NCBI GenBank assembly: GCA_002104945.1
Contig: MCFH01000005.1
Coordinates: 930,001 to 994,000, forward strand
Origin: Piromyces finnis finn
Taxonomy: Eukaryota; Fungi; Neocallimastigomycota
Length of the DNA stretch: 64,000 nt
Reading direction: 5' to 3'
Shown here in pieces: positions 26,334-38,262 of this stretch; position 1 is the stretch's first letter; each line of letters starts with the position of its first letter. The notes beneath the pieces were generated by a model. The model ran no database searches, had not been told where the DNA came from, and was given only the letters and a program-made list of their open reading frames with translations. The translations under genes and the position numbers were made by a program.

Positions 26334-29300
26334 TATCTAGTGAAATTAAAAAGTCATATTAGTTATATCCTAACCCTTCTAGATATAGATTAAAATTCTA
26401 TAACGAAGTATATATTTAATTATAGAATATAATATTGTATCAAATTTTAATTTATTTTCAATTTTTTATATTAAAATTATATTAAATTATTATAATTAAT
26501 AAAATTAGTGTAACCTATAATAATTATGAAAGATTATTTTTTTTACAAAGGTGTTACAAATTATAGGTAATAAACGAGTAAAAGAGTGAATCTTCAAATA
26601 TATATCTTTTATATATATCATCAATAGATTCATTTATGTTTGAGTGAAAAGTGGATGTCTTGGAAAGAGTAATAAAATTATTTAATAGTTTATTTAGTTT
26701 ACTAAAAAAAATAATAATAAAGTGAATTTTTAAAATAATGATACAAAAATAGCTTTATTCATTATTCTATATTTGTATATGATGACTTTGTGACACCTAC
26801 CCTGCTAGATTCAAAGTCATCCTATACAAATATATCATCAGATGTTATGACATTTTCCCTTTTTTTTTTTTTATTTTATTTCTTCAAGCAACTAAACCTA
26901 TGGTGGTTTTTTTTTTATAATAGAAGATTGAACAAATAACTATAATAATATATAGTAATATATCATAATAAGTATAATTTGTCTATTATAATATAGCTAA
27001 TAATATATTATTTCATTGAAATTAAAATATATATATTATTTCAATAGAATAATTAAAATTTTTTGTAATATTGACGTATAAGAATTCCATAATCTATTAA
27101 AAGATAATATAAGTGTGACAATGTTAATTAAAATTAATATTATTGTTCAAGGCATTTACAAAACTTTCCTTATATAGATACAGTGTCCTGTGTCTATAAA
27201 AAAATAGCCGTAACATTTTGGTAATGAGTCTTCATTATTGAATAATATTCGATTTTTAATATAACACTAAATATATATTGTAAATCATTTTGTAGAATAA
27301 TAATTCTATTTCTGATAATAACCAATAAAATTATAGAATAATATATATAAAATAAATTTATATTGAATTATAATTTCTGTTACAAAAATTTGAAAACATT
27401 CAAGAATTAAAAAAATGTAACATAAATTGTTTTTGTACTTTTAATACCAATATTTTTTAAAATAGTGTTCAACTAAAAACTCATCCCATTCATTATTTAC
27501 TAAATAATAATAAACGTTGTGGTACAAGAAAAAACAAACAAATAAATGAAAAAAAAGAAATTGAAATACGAAAGAATCATCATTCGCTATTGTTGTGTCA
27601 TTTATAATTAATAAATAAAAAGAATTTTTACTATTCTATTCCTTTTAAAACATAATTTTGTTTACAAAAAAAAAGGACCAATAATTTCTTTTAAAGCTGT
27701 TTTTTTTCTAGACTTATTATAAAATGAATATTAAAATACTAATAATAAATATATAATAGATACATACTATTCAATAATAGTATTGATAATAATATTAATA
27801 TTTTCTATATCATTGCATTTTATGATTGGAATTCTAAGGAAATAGAATATTGCGGAAGATCGTAAAATTCTATGCCTTTATTTCTTTTTCTCTTTTTTTT
27901 TAAACATTAGAATTAAAAACCGACCGTTTTTTATTTTTAGTTTTAGGAATTACAACTTTTTTTTTTTTTAATTAATTTCATATAAATTTAATTATTAAAT
28001 ATTTCTATAAAAAAAAATAAAAATTTTTTTTTCCATTGTATTGTTATAACGCTTTTTAGGTTAATATCTAAAAATACGGAAGGTTACTAAAAATGTAAAT
28101 GTAAACATTTTTTTTAATAAATTAATGGAAAGTAAGACATAAACTTATCTTTACTAAACACAACAATTTAATTAATAGAATATTAAATAATTAAATATTT
28201 AATATATGTAACATATATTATAATAAATAATAATATAAAATAATATATATTATACATATTTATTATTATGTCATTATTTAGTTAAGATTTACTTGAAAGT
28301 ATATTAATGGATTATACTTTTAATATATTATAATTATAATTTTTTAATAAACAAACTTAAAAGATTAATAAATATTCAAAAAAAAAAAACACCGCAATTT
28401 AAGATATTAATATTAATTTAAAAAGTAATTATCTTTAATAATTATTATTTTGTTTATTTTAGAGTTGCTTATATTATGATTATTCATTAAAAAAAATTCA
28501 ATATTTAATTTTTTAATAACTAAACCAAGTTATTATCCTTTTTTTTTTTTTTTAGAGATGTGATTTACAATTATAAATTAATATCAATTGTGTTTCTGTA
28601 AACAATTGAATTTTAATTAGATTACTTATTATTTTTTTTGTTAGATCAACAAAAAGTATATACAGAATAATAGATTATTACAATTTTGGAATTTTGAAAT
28701 AGCAGTAGATTTTCTTCTGTAATCATTCCTCTTTTTATACTACTTTTTTATTATTAAAATAAAGAATAAAGGATAATAATTAGATATTAATAAATTAATA
28801 TCATTCATAATAAATCAACAATAATTATTATTGTTCTAATTAACTATTTATTATATACATGTAGTGTTGTTGATGCCTTTTCTTTATTTTATTATTTTGA
28901 ACTAAAAAAGAAATTTTTAATTTTTTGTTGATATTAAATAATAAAATAAAATGGCCTAAAATTCCTAAATAGGATAAATATTTAATATTATATCCTAAGT
29001 TTTATTAAAAAAAAAAAAGAATATTATAAAAAAGAAATTTTTATGGGTTTGCCGTTTATAAGCTATTTCTGTAAACTTTAATTTATATATTAATATCATT
29101 TATTCTTTAAATTAATTTATATTAATAATATATTAAATATACATAATAATTTCTTTTATATAGAAATTAAAATCATTTTTAATTGCCGTAAAAGATGCTA
29201 TATTTGGTTTTTTTCTTTTTGTAATAATTATTAATAATCATAATCAACAACTAATTATACTAAATAATAAATAATAATAAATATAATAATAATAAGAATA

Positions 29301-29344
29301 AACATAATAATAATAATAATAATGATAACAAAAACAACACTATT

Positions 29345-29379
<35 letters not shown>

Positions 29380-32300
29380 GTAAATTTTATATTTATTATT
29401 TAAACATAACTTTTTGTTAAAAAGTCAACTTTTGTAAAAAAAAAAAAAAAACTTTTAATAATTTAACTTTTTATTAATAGTTTAAAAAATTATTATAAAT
29501 GAAAAAACAATATAATTTTAAAATAATATTTAAAATAATTTTAACGAACCGTTACCTTTAGTATTAAACTTTTATGAAATATATTTTCTTATATTATTTA
29601 TTGTTAAAACAATAACTTTTTTTTTTAAAAAAAAAGGTATAATGGAAAGCTTCCTTACTTTTTTACTTATAATGTCCATAAACTTAAAATAAAAATAATA
29701 ATTACCGTTTTTATTATCTATATTTGGCAATTTTAAATTTTTTAAAAGATCTATTTTTAAAAAATATTTCGTGCGGCATTATTTTATTTTTTAAAGTAAA
29801 TATAGCCGCATGAAATATTTATTTCTATTTTTTTTTATATTATAAAAAAAAAAAAAAAAAGAAATTAGAAATTTTATTTGATTTCCAAAAACAAAAGCAA
29901 AAGCAAATATTTTCATTGTAACAAATTTATTATAGAAATTATCACAAAATACTATTTGATCAGGATAAAAATACTCCTTTTCATAGAAATTAAAAAAAGG
30001 CAACTCAAAAAAGAAAGATAGATACAAATGAAATTATAAGAATTTTTTCTGCTAGAAACACAAAATTGTAATTTGTGAATTATTTTGTTACTTGTACACA
30101 TTCTTTTTTTTTTTTTTTTATTAATGTAGCATTTATTACATTAACAGTTGTATTAAATGTCAATAAACGTAATGTAGAAAGCATAATAGAATTCAAAAGT
30201 TTTTCCTTAGATTCGCCTATAAGGTTGAATTAGGCCAACAGTTGGGAAATCATATATTTTTTTTCAGTGATGATGGATAGCCTTTCATAATTAGTAATAT
30301 ATAATATGCATTTATTGGTTTATAATGATACACTATGATTCTATTTAATTATTATAATCCACAATTTATTTACTATATATTAAAACTTATAACTCTATTT
30401 TCTTTGAAATACCAAAATAAAACCATACATTTTCAATAGACTCATTTTACATAGTATTAAAATTTAATATAAATTAGGTGATTGAACGGTAGAATTATTT
30501 AAATAAATATATAATAATATATAATAATATATAATTTTACACTACTTTAGTTTATTTGAAGATATATTATATATAATAAGATATATAATAACAATTTAAA
30601 TAATAATTTAAATTTATTAAACTTTAATAATTATCAAATTTTAAATAAATTCAACTTTATATTCATTAATAGAGAATTTACAATAGAATATATTAGTTAT
30701 ATATATACAGTTTGTTTTTTAAATTTAAATAATAATATAATATTACCAATAAAATATACTTTAATACTATATTAAATTTACTTTATATTTTAATATAATA
30801 GATTAAATCATCTACAACTATTGTTATGTATTTTAATATAGGATAGGTTATATTAATATATAAAACATTAATAATTAGACTTTATATTTATATTTTAATT
30901 TATTTTATATTAGTAATTAATTAGTTTTTTAAAATTTTTTTCATCTTTAGGATTAACCGTTATTAAATTAAAAATTTTTTATATCTATAATTGTTCAATA
31001 TATAAATCGTATATTGAATATGTGATCCTTGTATATTATTAATAAAAATGAAACTTTTATTAAAAATTATATTAAATAAAATTCTATTATAAACCTTTTT
31101 TTTGGTTTTTTTTAATAAAATTCTGAAAAAAATTTTTTATCTTTCTTTTAGTTGTAGCAACGATTTCAAAAAAAAAATTATTTTTTTTATAAACAATAAA
31201 TAAAAAAGAAAGTTTAATATATTAATAAATTAAAATTTAAATGGTTCAATTTGAATATTATCAATTTAATAAATGCTGATAATATATTATATTATATTGT
31301 TAAATATATTCAATATTCAATTAAAAACAAAGTACATTGACACAATTTTTTAAACTTTATAAAAGTTTTTTTTTTCCTTTTTTTTTTTTTTTTTTAAAAA
31401 TAAAAATAAAATAAATAATAAAAATTTAATAATATATAAAAAAAAAGAATACATAAAATAAAATAAAAACAATTTTTTAAAATATAAATATAAAAAAAAA
31501 GAAAAAAGTTTATTATATTTAAAAAAAAAAATATAAATATTTACTTTTATCTTCTTTTTTTTTTTTTTTAAAATTATTTTTTATTTTATTTTATAATAAA
31601 AAGAAACACTATTAATGTACTTTTACTTTCAAAAAAAGAAAGTGAAAATTATAAAATAGTTTCTTTTTTACAAGAAAAAAAAATGTATTAATCTTAAAAA
31701 AATAAAAAGATAAAGATAATATAAAACAAAAAGAATAAATAGAAAAAGGAAAACGTAAAATCAATAGAAAACTTTATAGGATATAGGTCAATTAAAGTTT
31801 ATAAAAAAAAAAAGAAAAGAAATATAAACAATTTTGGGATTTAATATATTAAAACAATTATAAATATCATCTTATTATAATATCAATACAATATCAAACA
31901 TAAAAGAATGTTTTAATTTTTATTAACAATTATTATAAATATTTTTTTATCACATTTATAAATAATATATTCAACTATTTTTAATATAAATATTAATAAT
32001 AACAATATCTATTAAAACTATACATATTTTTTCTTTTTTGTATTTACATTTAATATTGTAATTTAATATATTTATTTTAACATAGTATCTAAAATAAATA
32101 TATTTTTACAACAATAAAAAGTAGAGAGAAAATATAAAAAATACAATTATCAATAATTATAATTATTAGTCATTTTAAATTTTCTCTTTTTTTTAAATAT
32201 ATATTTAAATTTTTGGAAAAACAATATCATATTTTTTTGTTTTAAAATTTTTATAATTTAATATTAATATTACAATACAAAAAGGAAATTTTGTTTTTTA

Positions 32301-32532
32301 AAAGAAAATTATTAAAAAAGAAGTAATAAAATATTTAATATCAATTATAAAAATAAATTAAAAAAAAAAAAAAGTAGGTATTCGAAAAAATATTAAAATA
32401 TAACAATAGTAGTATATATATATATAAAAGAAATATGATTTTTTAACTTTTTTATTAACTGTTATTTTTTATTATTATTATTTTTTATAGCTTATTTAGT
32501 TTTTAAAATTTTTAAATAAATAAATTATAAAA

Positions 32533-34041
32533 ATGGTTACAAAAAGAAGACCAAAGTTAACTTTAAATACTGCTATTGTTCGTAAGAACTCTATGAATTT
32601 AAAGATTAATACAAACCTCAATTCTGCTGTTTCATTGACAAGAGATGAACGTTTGAACAGTAGTAGAAATATATTAACAGTATTAGAAGGTGGTAAAACT
32701 TATACTAAGCCAATAAAGATTTTACCAAATCTTTATCTTGGTTCTTGTGATGCCACAAAAGATTTATCTATTCTTTTAGATAAAGATATTACTACTATAT
32801 TAAATTTAGCTGCTGAAGTTGAAAAACCAAATTGGTTTAAAACGGATCATTGGATGACACTTTCTAATAATCATTGGGTTACTAAAATAACTCAAAATCA
32901 ATTAGAAATTATGTCAAATACTTCAGACTCTACAAATGTAAACTCACCTCCATCTCCACCACCATCAGAAGATGAAGACATCAAGAAAGAAAATCTTAAT
33001 GTTTCATCACAAGAACAAACTACTATTTTTCCATTATCTCCATTACCACAAAAAGTCTATCCAACCCTTCAAGATTTATATTCACCACAAGAAACTATAC
33101 CAAGTACTCCATTATCACCAAAATCACCTACTACTCCTACTTCTATTAGTCCATCTTCTCAACATACCCTTGTAATTTCACCAATAGAAACTTCATTTGT
33201 CGATTCAATTTGTTCTTCTAATACCTTAGTGACGCCATTTGTAGATACATTTTCATTTTCTTTACCACCAGAAACTCCATTTGTAGATTCCATTTCAACT
33301 CCATTTCCACCAGAAACTCCATACGTTGATACATTACAAGTATGTAATACTACTTTAACCACTTTACCAGAAACTCCATATGTTGATGCTTTTTCTACTC
33401 CATTAGATCAATCACCAAAACAATTACCACCAGAAACTCCATATTTTGATACCTACAATAATACATCAGCTCTTCCAATACCAGAAACACCATATGTTGA
33501 TGCTTTTTCATCTCAACAACAACAACAGAAATACTTGGCTAAATTAATTAATCATAGTCAAAAATCTGTAAATAATTCTGATCTTTTACAAGCTATATCT
33601 TTATCTTCTGCATCAACTCCACCATCAGCAACTTTAAATGCTTTTAATGGTAGTATGATGAATAAGAAAATTCGCGAATCTAGTAATATATCTATAGAAT
33701 CAACACTTTCAAAAATGAATGATAACAAAGAATTAGAAATTCATTATTATCATCAATGTTGGAATCATAATCAAAGAAATACTCAAGAAAAATTATTAGA
33801 AGCTTTTAATATTATAGACTCTACTCGTTTAGAAGATCAACATTCCATTCTTGTATCATGCCAACAAGGTGTTTCTAGATCAGCTACTTTAGTAATTGCT
33901 TATGTTATGAAAACTAAACAATGGGGATTAATGAAATCTTACAATTTTGTTAAAGAAAAGTGTCCATGGATTGCACCAAATATCACTTTAATCAATGAAT
34001 TATCAGAATTCGAACAACATTTACTTCAGACTCAAAAATAA
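32533..34041 (+). CDS. Dual-specificity MAP kinase phosphatase, Msg5/Pmp1-like, with a large Ser/Thr/Pro-rich insertion in the catalytic domain
   Basis: Intronless 502-aa ORF: N-terminal D-motifs (KRRPKLTL, RKNSMNLKI), ILPNLYLGS, ILNLAAEV, IHYYHQCWNH, P-loop SCQQGVSRSA, AYVMK and IAPN...NELSEF. Confidence 0.88.
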   Translation: MVTKRRPKLTLNTAIVRKNSMNLKINTNLNSAVSLTRDERLNSSRNILTVLEGGKTYTKPIKILPNLYLGSCDATKDLSILLDKDITTILNLAAEVEKPNWFKTDHWMTLSNNHWVTKITQNQLEIMSNTSDSTNVNSPPSPPPSEDEDIKKENLNVSSQEQTTIFPLSPLPQKVYPTLQDLYSPQETIPSTPLSPKSPTTPTSISPSSQHTLVISPIETSFVDSICSSNTLVTPFVDTFSFSLPPETPFVDSISTPFPPETPYVDTLQVCNTTLTTLPETPYVDAFSTPLDQSPKQLPPETPYFDTYNNTSALPIPETPYVDAFSSQQQQQKYLAKLINHSQKSVNNSDLLQAISLSSASTPPSATLNAFNGSMMNKKIRESSNISIESTLSKMNDNKELEIHYYHQCWNHNQRNTQEKLLEAFNIIDSTRLEDQHSILVSCQQGVSRSATLVIAYVMKTKQWGLMKSYNFVKEKCPWIAPNITLINELSEFEQHLLQTQK

Positions 34042-35346
34042 TTTATTTAATTATCATCAATAGAATAATATATCATTTTTAATTTAATACTAAATTAATC
34101 AGAAAGTTTATGAATAGAAAGATTAACACACACTCATTCACACATTAATTTAAGTTAAAATCAAAGTTAAATTCATTTTTTATTTTCATTTATGTTCTTT
34201 TAATAGAAAGGTTATGATTTAAAAAAAAAAAATTCCATTGATAATACTAATTAAAAAATATGAAAGGTAGTATAATTTTTTGAAAAAATGAAAGGCCTAT
34301 TGTAATAAAAATGCAGGTTAATTTTTTTCCCCATACGCCTTTTCATTTTTTTTTTTAATTTATACCAAATCACAAAAATAACATAATTCTACCAAATAAT
34401 AAATAGAACATCAGTTTTATTTATTTATTATTATTTTTTTTCATTAGATATAATTTCTTCTATTAAACGAAATATAAATATAATAATTTACAGTTAAAAT
34501 GAATTTGCTTTAATAATTACTCTACCTGTTACCAAGAAAAAAAAAAAAAAAATTGTAAATATTCATGTTAATACTTATCAGTATTATTTATAACTAAAAC
34601 AAAATAATAAATTAAATATATATAAATTCAAATATATAACATTTAAATAATAATTGATAATTATTAACATTAATATGTAATTGTAATTAACATAATTTAA
34701 GAATGTAAAAACTGAAATCATTAAACACAAAAAGTAACGAAAACAAAAACAAATATAAAAAAAAAAGATAACAACAATAATAATAAATCCAACATACAAT
34801 TTATAGAGATGCGTTTTAATATATATTAAGATTTATTTTCAAACTGTTTTTTGAAATCTAATTTAATATAATAAAACGCAAAAATATAGAATTAAAAAAT
34901 AATATTATTATTAATAATAAAAGTGTAATAAAATTAGAATGCGAATAATATACACCTTTTTATTCATTAAAATTCCTGTACTCTAATTTTATTATAATTT
35001 ACTATGATTTTTAATATTTAATAAATAATTTTATTTTAATAAACATCATAAATGTATTAAAAAGTGTAAATTAATTAATTAATTAATTAATAAATAAATA
35101 AACATTTAAATATTTATTTCTTGTGATTATTTATTTAAATTGTAAAGAAAAATGGATAAATAATAGTAATAAATTGGACATTATTATAAGACCAATTGTT
35201 GATATTGTGTTTTAAAAGATTATTTGGTTATGAAAATAATAAAGAAATTTTGGTTCATTTCTTAAATAGTATATTAAAATATTATTTTAACATTAATAAT
35301 GACGATAATGTTTAAAATGATAATTTAAATAATAATAATAAAAAGG

Positions 35347-37813
35347 ATAAAAAAAATGGTTTGGGATGGAGATTTCCCCAGCTCTTGGAATGAATCCAGT
35401 ATTGTTTCTATTCCTAAGAAGAGAGATTTGACAGATTGTGATAACTATCGAGGTATATCACTTATCAATAATGGTATTAAGTTGATTTCCAAAATTGTCA
35501 CCACTAGAATTTAAGAATATGGTCTAAAGAATAATTTCATTAGACCTGAACAATTTGGTTTTCGAAAAAAGGAAGAAAGTATCAGTCTTTTCATTTCAAT
35601 CCAAGAAATATGCCGTAGACGTCAATTAGATAATAAAGAGACATATTTGGCCTTTTTAGATCTCAGGAAAGCATACGATTCAGTCCCAATCGGTAATATT
35701 CTCCATAAATTAGATTGTTTAGGAATCCGAGGTAAGAGTTTACAATTCATCAAAAATTTATATTTAACATCTAAGGCTAATGTCAAATTAGATGGACAAT
35801 TCTCGAAATCTTTTGATGTGAAGAGAAAGGAGTCCGTCAAGGTTGCCCTCTTTCTCCTATTCTCTTTAATCTCTTTATTAATGATATATTTAAAGAGTGT
35901 GAAGATCTAGGAGTCAGTTTAGGTGACACTCGATGCTGTGGTGGACTTTTTGCAGATGATATAGTTATTTGTGCTCCAACAAGAGGATGCTTAAAAAAGA
36001 TGCTTAGAAGAGTTAATGAATAGGCATTGTATAATGAAATGGAATTTGGTATCCAGAAATGTTCAACGATGGTGATTCGTCCTGAATCAATAGAAAATCA
36101 GATCAAGAGAGATCCAACATTTTACTTAGCAGGAAAACCCATTCCAACTACTGATTGTTATACTTATCTTGGTGTTCCATTTGATAAGAATCTGTCCCTT
36201 AAACCAGTTATTAAAACTCTTAATAACAAAGTTTTGAAAGGACTTTTTTCAGTCAGTAAATTCTTAAGAAATCCTAATATTCCTATTCCCTTCAAAAAGC
36301 TAGTACTTAACTCACAAGTGATTAGCAGAGTTTCATACTTTGCACCATTACTTGGATCCAACAAAGCTAGGTCTAGGATTACTCAGAAACATGTTAACAA
36401 AGGAATACGATGGGTTGCCGGAGTTCATAAAGCTGTATCGTTTATATCTTTATACTCTATCTCTAAAGATTTGAATATTCCTCCATTGTCAGCCAAATGT
36501 GCTTTAGCTCAGGTTAGATGTTTTAACAAATGGAAAAACTCAAATTGTATTATCTCACACCTTGTCAATTACATTCCTAAATTTAGAAAATACACGTGGT
36601 GCAAATCAAGTAGGACACTTGATAAAAAACTAAAGAAACATGGAGATGTTAAAGCAGTTAAAAACTTTTATTGGAAAGATCCCAAAGGGAATTCAATTAA
36701 AGCGCAATATTATGATGATAATAAATTTATTGAAACTAAAGATTTTATTAAATTATGTTATGAGTACCCAGAGTTTGCCTATGGCTTCTACTGGCTATTG
36801 AAAGCAAGAGGCGGATACAAGTTGGATGCTAGAGTTGCCAAAGCTGCTAAATTTGTTGATCCAGTTTGTCCTAACTACTGTCCATGTTGCAAGTGTGGAG
36901 ATCAAAGTATCAAACATTGGTTATTAGATTGTCCAACATTTAGAGATATCCGTATTAAACATTATGATTCCATAGTCCAGCTACTAAATTTTTTCAGTCA
37001 ACGTAATTCCAATAGTCCTATCAATAATAATGAAATTGATAATGTCAGCAGAGATAGCAATAACAGTAATAGTAATAGTAACAATAGTAATAATAACAAT
37101 AGTAATAATAACAATAGTAGTAATAGTAATAATAGAAATAGTAATAATAACAATAGTAGTAATAGAAATAATAATATTAGTAACGATAGCAATAGTGATG
37201 ATAATAATTCTAATTTAGATAGTAATTTAGTTAATGATAGTAATAGTTCTAATAATCCGGTGAATATTAATGTGTATGATTATTCTAGTGTGTGCAGTAA
37301 AATATTTAAATTCCTTCTTGGGGGAAGAAGTTTTAACAATATTAATTACAATTCAAGGGAATGGAAAGAACTTTGTAAGCGTCAGATTCAATCTGGTACT
37401 AATGAAGGAACACCATTCTTGACGGTAACCGCGGAACTTCTAACCAAAATCATGCCTTTTGCTATTGGCCAGCAATGGTCAATGTTCAAAGGGTTTGAAG
37501 CAACATCCAAGAGCGTCAATGCTGAAGAAACAGTAAGACAGGCCAGGAGGGCCAGCGCAACCAATGGAGATCATAATTTTGTTCCATGACAAAATTTTGA
37601 TCTTTGGCTCGGTGTCCCATTGGAAGTCAAATACAATTATTATACTTTAGTATGATAGTGGCTTTCTTACTTTAATTAAAATTACTAGAATACATTATAC
37701 CCAATTTTTATTCATTTGTGTTTATTTAAACATATTTTTTTTATATTTAATTTTTTATTACATGTATTATAATTTTAATTAAATTAATAATAAAGTTTAA
37801 AATATTTGATGCC

Positions 37814-37852
<39 letters not shown>

Positions 37853-37863
37853 AAAAAAATGGT
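35347..37863 (+). mobile_element. 5'-truncated LINE (family 2, copy A): RT, CCHC knuckle, 3' UTR, poly(A), 14-bp TSD
   Basis: IVSIPKK, NYRGISL, QFGFR, AFLDLRKAYDSV, QGCPLSPILFNLFIND, LFADD, YTYLG, CPCC..GDQSIKHWLLDC. Ends GATGCCGTT(A)n; TSD ATAAAAAAAATGGT at 35347-35360 and 37850-37863. Few lesions (stops near 35512 and 36021, a frameshift near 35823). Confidence 0.95.
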
Positions 37864-38130
37864 AATAAAGATGATGACAAAGATGATGATGATATCGAAG
37901 ATGATGATATTAGCGATGAAGAGGAAAATCTATGGATCAAACTTTTAAATAATTCATATGATTCAATATTTAGAAATGAAGACACAGATGTATACAAAGA
38001 AGCAAGAGCTGAATTATTACTTTTACAAGATGATGAAAATTTTAAAAAAGAATATAATAATAGAATAGATTCAATAATAACAGAAAAATCAACTCGAGAG
38101 CATGATAGAAGAATATATTTAAAAGAAGGA

Positions 38131-38262
38131 ATAATAAAAGGAAAAGAAATTGGAAGAAAAGAAGGAGAAGAAATTAGAATAATAAAAGGAAAAGAAATTG
38201 GAAGAAAAGAAGGAGAAGAAATTAGAATAATAAAAGGAAAAGAAATTGGAAGAAAAGAAGGA
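38131..38262 (+). repeat. 48-bp coding tandem repeat, about 2.75 units (IIKGKEIGRKEGEEIR)
   Basis: Units start at 38131, 38179 and 38227; corresponds to the EG-repeat helix typical of Rpn C-termini. Confidence 0.9.

Noticed and set aside
26111-26362. 83-aa ORF with poly-Phe
   Set aside because: Antisense to the SINE head and runs into the poly(T) tract.
30240-30340. GTGATGA C-box-like word suggesting a snoRNA
   Set aside because: No downstream CTGA D-box or terminal stem at a suitable distance.
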